The notes beneath the pieces are model-generated. The model was not told the DNA's origin. It did not search any database and saw only the letters and a program-made list of their open reading frames with translations. Positions 50,631 to 60,757 of a stretch of DNA of 64,000 bases are shown here, one piece after another (positions within the stretch are counted from its first letter, which is position 1; each line of letters starts with the position of its first letter). This DNA is from an uncultured Pseudomonadota bacterium (lineage in GTDB: Bacteria; Oederibacteriota; Muellerivitia; Muellerivitales; Muellerivitaceae): assembly GCA_963770835.1 (NCBI GenBank), contig CAVYRH010000003.1:1-64000 (forward strand). Direction: 5' to 3'. Made by a program: the position numbers and the translations under genes.

Positions 50631-51499
50631 TGAATTTATTTGATTTTTCTCAAGCGCAATATTTTTGTGGCAGTCATGTTTCGGCTTTGAGAAATCGGTC
50701 CGTTGGGCTGCGGAACTTCTTTGTGGCTCGGCCTAGAACCTTAAATTTATTAAGAGAGGGGACGCCTGAATATAATGAGTTTCGGGATGGTCTTTTGTGT
50801 GATATCGAAAGAAATTTATTTTTATCAATCTCACTTTATAGAAGATCTTTAGATTTAATGATGACCAGCTCGGCTAGTTGGGCTTTTGTTACCCTTTATT
50901 ACAGTTCGTTTCATGCAGCGTCAGCAATTATGGGGTTGTTCGGGGGAGTCTCAAAGGTTCCTGAATATATTGTCGATGTCGTTAGAGGAAACTCTGGGCG
51001 GCAAGAGCTGCGAATAATTAGAAATCTTGGTAATAATCAAAGGATATTAAGAAATTTTTCTGCATACAATGGTCCGCACAGAGTTTTTTGGGACATATTT
51101 TACCCATCAAGCGCTGGATTAACTGCATGGATTCCTGATCAAAGTTTACATATTGCATTGACCCCGGTTAGTAATGATCGGTTATGGCAAATTAACAATA
51201 GAAATGATTTGAATTATAACTCCCTTGATTCATTGGAGGTTTGCAAAAGTTTTGAGAATAACTTTAATTCCACAAATTTCCCCAGTTCCCTTCCTGGCGT
51301 TTTAAGTACCCAATTTTCAATAACTGAAGCAATGATTCTTACGGCTGTCTTTTTTTCTAAAGAATTTAATTTGGGAACCGACTCCTTGAAAAACCTTAAT
51401 CCTGCTGGCGCGAGAGAAACGAAATTGCGGAATTTAATCCGGGATGGTGTATTGCCTGATTTGGCACAGAAATCTAAAATCGCAGAAATGATATCTTGA
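50630..51499 (+). CDS. Hypothetical protein with HEPN-like motifs
   Basis: WAFVTLYYSSFHAASAI and RNDLNY. Confidence 0.55.
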   Translation: MNLFDFSQAQYFCGSHVSALRNRSVGLRNFFVARPRTLNLLREGTPEYNEFRDGLLCDIERNLFLSISLYRRSLDLMMTSSASWAFVTLYYSSFHAASAIMGLFGGVSKVPEYIVDVVRGNSGRQELRIIRNLGNNQRILRNFSAYNGPHRVFWDIFYPSSAGLTAWIPDQSLHIALTPVSNDRLWQINNRNDLNYNSLDSLEVCKSFENNFNSTNFPSSLPGVLSTQFSITEAMILTAVFFSKEFNLGTDSLKNLNPAGARETKLRNLIRDGVLPDLAQKSKIAEMIS

Positions 51500-51580
51500 A
51501 TTCTTAAAATTGGCTTCTAATTATTTAAGCCCATAATTATTTTAAATGATAAATGGTAATTTTTTCAAAAGGGGCAACCG

Positions 51581-52282
51581 ATGTGTGTCTCCTACCAACT
51601 AAACCTCCCCATTAAAGACATCGCCAAGACCTTTAAAGCGAAGCCCCCCAAGAAGATTCTCTGGGACCCCTCCAAATTAGAAAGAATCCGGCCTTCCCAC
51701 TTGGTCCCCATCATCATGGTCGACCCCGCAACAGGGGAGAGGGTCATCAAGGAAATGATTTGGGGAATGCCCTTTTTCGACTTCCTGAAAAAGAAGCTGG
51801 TCAGGCACCACCTTTTCAACGCAAAGGCCGAAACCATCACCGAAAAGAAAACCTTTAAGACCAACTTCCAAAAAAACCGCATCCTGGTCCCCATCAACCC
51901 GGCCTTCATCGAATGGAAAGACGTCGGCGGAAAGAAAAAACAACCCTACCTTATCGGCTTAAAACCCAAGGCCCCCTTCGCCTTTGCCGGCATTTGGGGG
52001 AAGTGGAACCTCACAGTTGAGGACGATAAGACGCTTGAAGCGAAGTTTAATGTGAACCCGAAATATGACCCTCCAAAGAAGGACTTTGAGTTTTACACCG
52101 TCATCACGACCACACCAAATGAGCTTATGGCCGACATTCACAACCGAATGCCTGTCATTCTGGACCCCAAGAACTACGACGCCTGGCTGGACCCTAATAT
52201 CCCGGACGCGGGGATCCTCAAAGGCCTATTAAAGCCCTACCCGGCCGCCAAGATGCAAGCCAAAGCCGCGGAGAAAGTTTAA
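51581..52282 (+). CDS. SOS response-associated peptidase (SRAP/YedK family)
   Basis: N-terminal Cys2, FNAKAET, FIEWK, AFAGIW, IHNRMPVIL. Confidence 0.92.
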   Translation: MCVSYQLNLPIKDIAKTFKAKPPKKILWDPSKLERIRPSHLVPIIMVDPATGERVIKEMIWGMPFFDFLKKKLVRHHLFNAKAETITEKKTFKTNFQKNRILVPINPAFIEWKDVGGKKKQPYLIGLKPKAPFAFAGIWGKWNLTVEDDKTLEAKFNVNPKYDPPKKDFEFYTVITTTPNELMADIHNRMPVILDPKNYDAWLDPNIPDAGILKGLLKPYPAAKMQAKAAEKV

Positions 52283-52755
52283 TGAAAAAACCGGAAACCT
52301 TACCCACAAGGCAAATAGGTAAACTCGGGGAACTTCTAGTCCAATACAAGTTACTCCAATATGGCATCGAATCCGCTCCTTTAACCACGGACGCAGGAAT
52401 AGACTTGGTGGCTTACGGCCCCAAAATCAAAAGGGCAATTACAATCCAGGTAAAAACAAACTTGAAGCCAAAGCCGGGGGGAGGAAAAGGAAAGCCCGCA
52501 ATAAATTGGTGGGTGGATGACGATAACCCGGCCCAAATTTACGCCTTTGTAGATATTTCCACCGAAAAAGTCTGGATATTTTCCAAAAAAGAATTCGAAA
52601 AGGTAGCCCAACAGCATTCGAGCGGCCGGCGGCAACTATATATGACCCTTTCTTCCGAATCAGAATTGAAAGGAAAAATTGGAAAGGCGGCTCAAATATT
52701 AAAATTTAACGACTACTTGTTAGTAAATCGAATAAGCACCTTAATAGGAAAATAA
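52282..52755 (+). CDS. PD-(D/E)XK nuclease-family protein
   Basis: GKLGE, GIDLVA, IQVKT. Confidence 0.7.
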   Translation: MKKPETLPTRQIGKLGELLVQYKLLQYGIESAPLTTDAGIDLVAYGPKIKRAITIQVKTNLKPKPGGGKGKPAINWWVDDDNPAQIYAFVDISTEKVWIFSKKEFEKVAQQHSSGRRQLYMTLSSESELKGKIGKAAQILKFNDYLLVNRISTLIGK

Positions 52756-52757
52756 AA

Positions 52758-53309
52758 ATGGACTCCTTCGAAAACGTCATCACAAGTCTCTTGGAGCGGG
52801 AAGGCTTCTGGACCCGTACATCCGTCAAGGTTGAATTAACAGATGTAGAAAAGAAGAAAATCGGATGGAAAACCAATCCCCGTCCGGAATTTGACATTGT
52901 GGCTTACAAAGGGAAAACGAATGAATTATGGCTCGTCGAATGCAAATCCTATCTCAACTCCGGGGGTGTAAATTATAGAGCCTTCAATGGAACGAACCCC
53001 GGTTTCGCCAAAAGATTTAAATTATTTAACAAACAAAAAAAATATAGGCTTGTAAGAAAGATTTTATTAGAAAAGTTGGTTGAGGCGGGTTTTTGCCGTC
53101 CAAACCCCAAGGTTAGCCTTGTATTAGTAGCGGGTAATGTCGTTGAAAGTCATCGTGAAAAATTAAAGTCGCATTTTGATAAAAAAGGCTGGATTTTGTG
53201 GGATGAAAAAGAATGGCACCCCAAGCTTAAGAAACTAGCCGGAGAAGGTTATGAAAACTCCATCGTTTCTGTAGTCAGTAAAATGCTTTTGCGAAGAACT
53301 GATAAATAG
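52758..53309 (+). CDS. PD-(D/E)XK restriction-endonuclease-like protein
   Basis: FE, EFDIVAY, LVECKS. Confidence 0.72.
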   Translation: MDSFENVITSLLEREGFWTRTSVKVELTDVEKKKIGWKTNPRPEFDIVAYKGKTNELWLVECKSYLNSGGVNYRAFNGTNPGFAKRFKLFNKQKKYRLVRKILLEKLVEAGFCRPNPKVSLVLVAGNVVESHREKLKSHFDKKGWILWDEKEWHPKLKKLAGEGYENSIVSVVSKMLLRRTDK

Positions 53310-53490
53310 ACAGGAGTTTTCTTTGCCCAAACCCTTCCTCAAATCCGACTTCCCTCCGCCTCGAATCAATTTTAACCAAACAAAATACATCCCTTTTCCT
53401 TCCTGCCCGGTTTTCACCCACCCCTGTTTAGTTTAACGACAAGGCGCTATTTCATTTACAACCTAACCCTCCGGGCGGACACTGATGTTG

Positions 53491-53584
53491 TTCGGTGTGG
53501 CAAGACCCAAAGGCCTACCACATTGGACCCCCGCGAAACGCGGATCTCCCCGGCATAGCGAGATCCCACCTCACCTAGGAGGTG
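53491..53584 (+). ncRNA. Putative structured 5' leader RNA, copy 1
   Basis: About 93-nt repeat with four hairpins, the last covering the Shine-Dalgarno; paralog at 54353. Confidence 0.55.
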
Positions 53585-53590
53585 TCCGTC

Positions 53591-54325
53591 ATGTCTAAAA
53601 GTCCCATTTATAATTATGTTCCAGCCTGGTTCACCCAACGAACCGTTGAAATTTACAAACCCATGCCACCTTATGGCAGCCCCAAGGTGGTACGCACTCA
53701 GGTAGTTCCGGAAGACGCACCCGATTTCGCCTGTCATTACTGCCTGGAACCCTTACCCCTGATTCAATTTGAATCCGCCGACGAGTACCGCGTTTGCCCC
53801 ATTTGCCGGCACCGGGTATTGGATGCTTTTCTTCAAACCCCGGTTCACCTTTTAACCCGGGCCCAACAGGTGGAAATGTTCATAGGGGAACTTATTTTCA
53901 TCAAACAATGGAGATCGGTATTGGATTTGAGTTTGGAATTCTTCGAGCATGCTTCCTACGAAAACGAAAACGAGAAAGCCGATTTTAAGGAAGCCTGGGA
54001 CTTTATCGTTTCCCAAAAAGAAGTTGTTCTCGCCATGAATGGGCGGGTGGAAGTGGACTTCTGCATGGTTTTTTTGGATTACAAAAAACCGAAAAGCAAT
54101 TTAAAGGTTTATCTCTATAAACCTCGGGATTTCTGGTTTGACGCCCATGTGCAGAGCCGTTTGGGGTGCAGGCCCATTGAAGTGAACGGGTTTCAACTGC
54201 GCCTGGTAACCGCCACCAATTGGGCCGCCTACGGCTACCCCCGCTGTGAACAAATGGCCGTGATCGGGCTTTTGAAATGCCGCGGCCAATTGGCGTGGGA
54301 CGAAGTCTACGGCAAAAAAGCCTAA
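53591..54325 (+). CDS. Hypothetical zinc-ribbon protein
   Basis: CHYC...CPIC; paralog of 55271-55990 (shared TPV...TRAQQ, GFQL). Confidence 0.7.
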   Translation: MSKSPIYNYVPAWFTQRTVEIYKPMPPYGSPKVVRTQVVPEDAPDFACHYCLEPLPLIQFESADEYRVCPICRHRVLDAFLQTPVHLLTRAQQVEMFIGELIFIKQWRSVLDLSLEFFEHASYENENEKADFKEAWDFIVSQKEVVLAMNGRVEVDFCMVFLDYKKPKSNLKVYLYKPRDFWFDAHVQSRLGCRPIEVNGFQLRLVTATNWAAYGYPRCEQMAVIGLLKCRGQLAWDEVYGKKA

Positions 54326-54352
54326 GAAGCCGAACATAAAAAGTTGGTTTGA

Positions 54353-54445
54353 TTCGGTGGGGCAAGACCCAAAGGCCTACCCCATTGACCCCCGCGAAAC
54401 GCGGATCTCCCCGGAATAGCGAGATCCCACCTCCTGAAAGAGGTG
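54353..54445 (+). ncRNA. Putative structured 5' leader RNA, copy 2
   Basis: Near-identical to 53491-53584 with a compensatory base-pair change. Confidence 0.55.
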
Positions 54446-54449
54446 AAAC

Positions 54450-55274
54450 ATGGAAAAATTATTCGGCGTTGTATTCTATTTAATTGGTGTCGTTCAATTT
54501 ATCGCGGTGGATATGGGGGCGGCCGGAAGTATCTTAGAAAACGAGGGGTGGCATTGGATTTACTTACCCATTCGGTTGGCCTCTTTCGTAATGATGCTTT
54601 GCTTAAACTGGTACATTTTTATTTGGGCTCCAGGACAATTTTACCTGGTTCAAGAAACCGTAGTCCCGCCTAAAAATTCTCCGCCTCTTCATCCAACGCC
54701 TGTCGTTCCCGTCGACCCAAAGCGAGAACTATTCAAACAACCCACTCTTAAACCAGAGGCAGTTCATTACCCAATAAGGAAAACAGTTGTACTCAAACCC
54801 CGAGGGGATTCCGCTTCCTATGAAGTTCCCGCCGCCAAGACACCACTAACGCCTGATGAAAAGAAGTTTGCCGCGATGGTATCGCGGTTGAAAGAATTAG
54901 ATAAAGAAGGCGTAAGTATTGACGAGAAGGCTGAAGAAATACGGCGTTTGGGGGGCGAATTAAAGCGGGTAAATGACAAAAACGGGAATGAGATATGGCC
55001 ATTGAGCGAGACCCAATGGGAAAGGGAAATAGCGGAAAGACTTAAGGGTATCCATTGCCCCAATTGCCGAGGGATAGATATTGGCATGATCCTTTACGGC
55101 CAGTTGCCTAGAGGGGATGGTCGGTTAAACCATCTGATTCGCATGAAGTTATTTATACCGGGCGGCGGCCTCTCGGGCCTCGAGAATCTTTACTGTAATG
55201 ACTGCGAGAGCTATTGGGTAAGTGATAAATATTTAAGTGAGACCCCTCCTCCAGCGAGAGGCGGTGAAAAATGA
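54450..55274 (+). CDS. Hypothetical membrane protein with C-terminal zinc ribbon
   Basis: Two N-terminal TM segments; CPNC...ILYG...CNDC. Confidence 0.65.
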   Translation: MEKLFGVVFYLIGVVQFIAVDMGAAGSILENEGWHWIYLPIRLASFVMMLCLNWYIFIWAPGQFYLVQETVVPPKNSPPLHPTPVVPVDPKRELFKQPTLKPEAVHYPIRKTVVLKPRGDSASYEVPAAKTPLTPDEKKFAAMVSRLKELDKEGVSIDEKAEEIRRLGGELKRVNDKNGNEIWPLSETQWEREIAERLKGIHCPNCRGIDIGMILYGQLPRGDGRLNHLIRMKLFIPGGGLSGLENLYCNDCESYWVSDKYLSETPPPARGGEK

Positions 55275-55990
55275 ATGACTTTCGTTCTTCTATTTTAGAT
55301 CCTCCCAGCAGTACGATTAACCACCCCCCAAAAACGGAACGGCCCTTGCGCCATAAGCGCCACCGGGACAAGCGGAAAAGATGCCCCTATTGCTTATGGG
55401 ATTTGACCGACTACGACCCGGAAGAAATTAAGGAACGGGGTAATCTATGCCCCCTTTGCCGCCACGGCATCCTGGAAAATCTTTTGTCCACCCCTGTCTA
55501 TGAATTTACCCGGGCCCAACAGTGGGATCTTTTGGCCAATGAAATGGAATATATCTGGGATGCGGAGCACCTTGACGTGGAAACCTACATCTTCGCAATG
55601 GGAAGTTATTACAACCCGGACTACGGCGAGGCCAAGGAAAGGTTGTGCGGCATGTTGGTGGAAAAGGAAGCGGTGTTGAGGCTGGAAGAGGAATTTATCG
55701 AGGCCGAGGGGGAATTGGACCTTCTTATCATCGCTTACTTGAATAAGTTGGCCGCGTGGAGGGGGGACATGGCCAGGCGGCTTTTCGTGGGGCGGCAATG
55801 GCGGCTTTCGGCCCGGCGGCTGAGCATGACCCATTTCAGTGAAAGGGAAGCGGTCGGGTTCCAACTGGGTTTCATACAGTCCTGTCCCTGGGGGGCCTTC
55901 GGGAGCCTGGACAAAAAGGAAAAGACCGTGGTCTATCTCGAGAAAATATTGGAGAAGCTTACTTGGGACCAGGGAAATATGGGGGCGTGA
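55271..55990 (+). CDS. Hypothetical zinc-ribbon protein
   Basis: CPYC...CPLC; overlaps the upstream stop; paralog of 53591-54325. Confidence 0.7.
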   Translation: MNDFRSSILDPPSSTINHPPKTERPLRHKRHRDKRKRCPYCLWDLTDYDPEEIKERGNLCPLCRHGILENLLSTPVYEFTRAQQWDLLANEMEYIWDAEHLDVETYIFAMGSYYNPDYGEAKERLCGMLVEKEAVLRLEEEFIEAEGELDLLIIAYLNKLAAWRGDMARRLFVGRQWRLSARRLSMTHFSEREAVGFQLGFIQSCPWGAFGSLDKKEKTVVYLEKILEKLTWDQGNMGA

Positions 55991-56360
55991 AATACAATCA
56001 GTAAAAAAGTGGGTCCAGCCCGAAATACCCCTGTAAAATATCCCATGCCCAAACCCTACAATAAATCCGACTTTACACCCGCCGTCAAAGATCCCAAAAC
56101 CGGCCAGGTTTGGACCGGTGAAGACCATAAGGAAGCGATAAATAAAGCCCACAACGAGGGAAATAAGAGTGTTTATTTTGAAAACACCGGCTTTCTTCAT
56201 AAGGACGGCATCTTTTTCACCCGTTCCCAAACCGAAAGGCAATGGGGCTTCAAAACCAGCGCCGATCTGCGCTGAAAACGTTTTTCCACCCCTCAAAATC
56301 CTCTTACCACTTTCCTCGTTTTTGTTCATAATACCGGCCATTCCAACTGGAGGTATTTGG

Positions 56361-57092
56361 ATGCGTAAATATTTGTCTTTCGTCCTCGTTTTTTTCGCCC
56401 TGGTATTCCTGAAAAACAACAACGCCTTCGCCGACGACTCGACCGCCAAAACAGCCCCTGGCGACGACAATGGCAAATTCTACGGCCAGCTCGTCGATTC
56501 CGGGGTGGAGGTCCGCAAGTGCATCCTCCAATATTTCGTGGACTACAAGAAATACCTTGTTGAAGGCAAGGAAAACAGGCCGGTTTCGTACGGGAAAAAG
56601 TTCCCGTGGAAATACTGGCCAGCCTATAAAAAAATGGACGCCGCCATCACCAGGATTGCCGGCAACAAGGAATATCCCGACTATTTCCTCACCTATGGGG
56701 CCAAAATCTTCCGCAAGCTCGAGGAGCCGGAGGTGAAGGCCTTTTATGGAACCCAATGGTCAAAAGAGGTGGAGGACGCCGTTCTTTCCCATTTCGAGCA
56801 GGACAGCCTTTCGGATTACAGCCTGGACGATTTCGACGCCAAGAAGGACGCCGGGCTCACTGAAACCCCGCTCCCCCTGCCCAAGGCCCAACCCCTCAAA
56901 CCCCTTGTCCTATATGACTCCTCGACCGACCCGGAGACCATGAAGGCACGGGCCACCCTGGGAATTTCCAACCCCCCGGACACCTCCGACGGCCAAGAGA
57001 ATGTACCGGCCCAACCGACCGCCACACCTAAACCCAAGGACGTGATCGGGGATGCTGCCGGCGATGCGGCCAAAAAAGTCTTTGGCTTTTGA
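56361..57092 (+). CDS. Secreted hypothetical protein
   Basis: GGAGG RBS before ATG 56361; signal peptide ending AFA. Confidence 0.7.
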   Translation: MRKYLSFVLVFFALVFLKNNNAFADDSTAKTAPGDDNGKFYGQLVDSGVEVRKCILQYFVDYKKYLVEGKENRPVSYGKKFPWKYWPAYKKMDAAITRIAGNKEYPDYFLTYGAKIFRKLEEPEVKAFYGTQWSKEVEDAVLSHFEQDSLSDYSLDDFDAKKDAGLTETPLPLPKAQPLKPLVLYDSSTDPETMKARATLGISNPPDTSDGQENVPAQPTATPKPKDVIGDAAGDAAKKVFGF

Positions 57093-57334
57093 TGAAAGAC
57101 CTCCCCTTCTGGCGCGGTGCCATCCACAACGCAAAGACGGTCCTCGTCCTGAAATCCGTCGGGGAAGACCTGGCCACCTTCAAGAACCAGGCCGACTTTA
57201 TCGGCGACAAGCCCAAGCTGAACGAGGCCCAGCTGGAAACCCTCCGTCTGGAATATTCCCTGAAAATGAAGAAGTTGACCGCCGAAGCCATGCCTCCACG
57301 GCCGCCCGGGAAGCCGAAATTTAAAAATGAGTGA
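57089..57334 (+). CDS. Hypothetical protein (81 aa)
   Basis: Translationally coupled to the upstream ORF. Confidence 0.55.
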   Translation: MMKDLPFWRGAIHNAKTVLVLKSVGEDLATFKNQADFIGDKPKLNEAQLETLRLEYSLKMKKLTAEAMPPRPPGKPKFKNE

Positions 57335-57383
57335 TTTTAAGAACCAGGATTTAAGGTAAAAAATAATATCAAAGGAGTCATTT

Positions 57384-58094
57384 ATGAAAATAATTCTTTA
57401 CCTTTGTTTGGTTTTTAGTGGTGCTTCACTTTTATTCGCAAAAGGGGCAATGGACACCATTAAATCAAACACGGTTGAAACGGCTCAAGACGATCCAAAC
57501 AAAGCAGAATCCGATTACCAAAGATACATTAAGGACAAAGCCGGGGATCTTATAATCGAAAAAGATAAATTCGAGAATCGAACAGTTATCAAAACCAATT
57601 TTGGTAGGGGTTGGGCGAATCGCAATGAATTAGAATTCTTTAAGCACAAAGGTGAAGATGGCTTTGACTTAGCTGGGGTTGAATTAAAAATAGAAGCTTC
57701 AATATTCGACAGTAAAAAGAACTCGGATCAATATGTTCTTTTGTTCAAAACAACTAATCCAGACACACCTTTTGGTGATAAAAAAATCGATGAAAAAAAC
57801 TTCAAATTCATGGACTGTAATGATTTTCATTGGCTGGTCGATGGAGCACCATTATCGTTTGTAAGTGAGAAATATTCTAATCATGTGGGGAAGGACTTAG
57901 TGGATACCATTGAAACTTTTACGGTTGTTTTAAACAAAAAACAATTTGAAAAGCTGGCTGTTGCATCAACCGTTGAATGCAAAATATGCGATACCCAATT
58001 TGTCTTTAACAAGAAGCACTTTTGGGTTTTGCGTTGGGTTATGGAGAGGGCTAAGGAATTACGGGCCACGAAGGAAACTAATACAAAAAATTGA
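57384..58094 (+). CDS. Secreted hypothetical protein, AT-rich
   Basis: AAGGAG RBS and signal peptide. Confidence 0.7.
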   Translation: MKIILYLCLVFSGASLLFAKGAMDTIKSNTVETAQDDPNKAESDYQRYIKDKAGDLIIEKDKFENRTVIKTNFGRGWANRNELEFFKHKGEDGFDLAGVELKIEASIFDSKKNSDQYVLLFKTTNPDTPFGDKKIDEKNFKFMDCNDFHWLVDGAPLSFVSEKYSNHVGKDLVDTIETFTVVLNKKQFEKLAVASTVECKICDTQFVFNKKHFWVLRWVMERAKELRATKETNTKN

Positions 58095-58218
58095 TCTAAA
58101 TTCCCTGAAAATTCGAGCTTTTCAAATTTGCCAAATCCCCAAAACTTGACCGATTCTCCCAGGAGGGCGTATATCTAAGGTATACCGATGTATACCTTTT
58201 CCCCTTTTTGGAGGTTTT

Positions 58219-58659
58219 ATGGCCACTCTCTACTTTTTGGGCCCGGCCCAGGAGATATTCAGGGACCTTTCCTTGCCCCTTATAGAACCTCCCGTGCCTG
58301 CAGGGGCTCCGGGCCCCCCGGAGGAATACAAAGAAAAGCGGATCGACCTGAACCGGCTTTTCAACTTCAACGCGTCCACTTTCACCTGGCTTGCCCAGGG
58401 CGATTCCATGATCGGCGCGGGGATCCACACGGGGGACATCCTGATCGTCGACCGGGCCCTCCAAGCGGCCCTGGGGGATATCGTCATAGCGGAAATCAAC
58501 CGGCAGCCCACGGTCAAGCGCCTTGGAAAAAACAACAACGCCCCGGCCCTGCTCCCCGAAAACGTGAACCACAAACCCATCCCCATCGACGAGGTCGAGG
58601 GCATCCGGGTTTGGGGGGTGGTTACGGGGGTCTTTCATCGCTTCAAGACCTATCGGTGA
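58219..58659 (+). CDS. umuD: UmuD-like S24 peptidase (Pol V accessory subunit)
   Basis: VPAG cleavage site, GDSMIGAGI, TVKRL, VWGVVT; upstream of umuC. Confidence 0.88.
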   Translation: MATLYFLGPAQEIFRDLSLPLIEPPVPAGAPGPPEEYKEKRIDLNRLFNFNASTFTWLAQGDSMIGAGIHTGDILIVDRALQAALGDIVIAEINRQPTVKRLGKNNNAPALLPENVNHKPIPIDEVEGIRVWGVVTGVFHRFKTYR

Positions 58660-58829
58660 GTGTTTTTAAAAATATCTTTCACGCTACAGCCCCGGATTTC
58701 GACGATGAACTCCCCGACCCGTACTCGGATACCCCCTCTTTGGAGGCTTTCATGCCCCGCAACTCGAAAGGAATTTTATGACGCGCGGGGCGATACCATT
58801 TTCAATAAACGGTTTATAGGAGAAATGGG

Positions 58830-60101
58830 ATGGACAAAATCTTCGCCTTGGTCGACTGCAACAACTTCTACGTTTCCTGCGAAAGGGTCTTTGATTTCAC
58901 CCTCCGCGACCGCCCTGTAGTGGTTCTTTCCAACAACGACGGCCTGGTAATTGCCCGTTCCAACGAGGCGAAGGCGCTCGGTTTCAAAATGGGCGACGCC
59001 GTTTTCCAGATGCAGGAAGCCATCAAGGAGAACCAAGTCGTCGTAATGTCCTCCAACTACGCTCTCTACTTCGACATGCGCGACCGCGTCCGGGAGGTGC
59101 TTTCCAATTTCACCCCCCGTTTGGAAAAATACAGCATCGACGAATGTTTCCTCGACTTCACCGGGATTCCGAAGGACGAGTTAGAAGATTACGGCCGCAG
59201 GATAAAAGCAAAGGTTGAAAAGTGGACCGGGATTCCTGTTTCGGTCGGAATCGGATCGACAAAGTGTCTCTCGAAACTCGCCAATAAGCTTGCGAAGAAA
59301 TCCGAGAAGGCCCGAGGGGTGCTGGACATCTACAAATCCCCGCACCTGGACAAAGCTTTGGAAGCAACGGACGTTGGCGACCTTTGGGGTGTGGGCCAGG
59401 CCTATGAAGGGATGCTTAAATCCAACGGCATCAACAACGCCCAGCAGTTCCGGGACGCACCGGAGCATTGGGTCCGATCCAGGATGACCGTCGTCGGAGC
59501 CCGGATTCAATCTGAGCTAAAAGGGGTGTCATGTATTGCTCTTAAAGAAATCCCTGATCCTCAACAAATGGTCGGCACCGCCCAGGGATTCGGTGTCCCC
59601 ATCGAAACGATTGAGGAACTAAGGGAGGCGGCCGCCACCTATGCCAACAAGGAAGCCGTCAAACTTCGCCAGCAAAAACAATGCGTCAAGGAGCTGGTTG
59701 TTTGGGTCCAAACCAACCCTTTCGGGAGGGACCCCCAATACGGAAACAAGGCCGAGATCGTTTTTCCCGTGGCCACGAATGACCCCTCGCTCATCATAAA
59801 GAAAGTGGTAAACGCCGTGGAAATGCTTTATAAAAAAGGATATCGGTACAAACGAATCGGGCTCAACGCGACCAAGCTGGAACTGGAGGATTGCGTCCAG
59901 GAGCACCTTTTCGTGAAGCCAGAGGACACCAAACGGCAGAATCTTTTACGGGTGGTGGACCAATTGAACGAGGTCAGCGGAGCCGGCACGGTCCGGACCG
60001 CCTCCGTTGTGATCGACGCCCGTTGGATGACCCGTTTCTCGAAACAGTCACCCCACTACACCACTAAAGTTAGCGATATTCCAATTGCCCGGGTGGGGTA
60101 G
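58830..60101 (+). CDS. umuC: Y-family DNA polymerase UmuC
   Basis: [37 protein letters not shown]. Confidence 0.94.
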   Translation: MDKIFALVDCNNFYVSCERVFDFTLRDRPVVVLSNNDGLVIARSNEAKALGFKMGDAVFQMQEAIKENQVVVMSSNYALYFDMRDRVREVLSNFTPRLEKYSIDECFLDFTGIPKDELEDYGRRIKAKVEKWTGIPVSVGIGSTKCLSKLANKLAKKSEKARGVLDIYKSPHLDKALEATDVGDLWGVGQAYEGMLKSNGINNAQQFRDAPEHWVRSRMTVVGARIQSELKGVSCIALKEIPDPQQMVGTAQGFGVPIETIEELREAAATYANKEAVKLRQQKQCVKELVVWVQTNPFGRDPQYGNKAEIVFPVATNDPSLIIKKVVNAVEMLYKKGYRYKRIGLNATKLELEDCVQEHLFVKPEDTKRQNLLRVVDQLNEVSGAGTVRTASVVIDARWMTRFSKQSPHYTTKVSDIPIARVG

Positions 60102-60135
60102 GAAAAACCAGAGAACACAAAGATCCACACCCAAC

Positions 60136-60504
60136 TTATGGTTTTGATTTTGGAAAATAGGTCGTGGCCTCGCCCGCCACTTGCCCATTTACGACCACAT
60201 AAACCTTCACGTTCTTTTTGGCTTTCGGAAATGGAACTTCGATTGATTTTGCCTTTTCCGAGACAATTTGGCCGCAGGGTCCATCCTTGTGCGTAAATTC
60301 AAAGGTCAGGTATTCGGTATCTGGATCTTCGACCTTACCGGGTGGAATGCCGACCTTGAGTTCTCCCGGGACATAACAAGTATCCAATGTGGTAACCGTC
60401 ACATGAATGCCATAAATATCGCCATGTAGCCAGGCCATCCCAATTTTTGCCCCCAGATGAAACACCATATCGTTTGGCATAATCCAAATCCTTTCCGATC
60501 CCAA
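60136..60504 (-). CDS. Hypothetical protein
   Basis: 122-aa ORF convergent on umuC; start uncertain. Confidence 0.5.
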   Translation of the reverse strand: MGSERIWIMPNDMVFHLGAKIGMAWLHGDIYGIHVTVTTLDTCYVPGELKVGIPPGKVEDPDTEYLTFEFTHKDGPCGQIVSEKAKSIEVPFPKAKKNVKVYVVVNGQVAGEATTYFPKSKP

Positions 60505-60720
60505 TATTTGAGTTGTTTCTTTTCATATTTCTTTCCGGGAAACAATCCCAAGTAATTTATCATTTTAAAACTGGTGGATAACTAAAAAAGCCAACCTCTT
60601 CAGGAACTGGGCGTCGTTATTTTAATGATAAACTTTCAATTATTTTTCGTAATAGCGTTTTTATTGTTTAAAAAGTGTCTTTTATTATTTTGGTAAAAAT
60701 TATTTTGACCCCCTTAAATT

Positions 60721-60757
60721 CCTGCACATGCCTGTCGCAAAAAGGATAGTGTGCAAC
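60721..60757 (+). CRISPR. CRISPR-like repeat 2
   Basis: Exact copy of the 37-mer, joined directly to mid-cas1 sequence. Confidence 0.72.

Noticed and set aside
53491..54445. c-di-GMP or other known riboswitch
   Set aside because: I could not align the conserved cores of known aptamers by eye; kept as an unknown motif.
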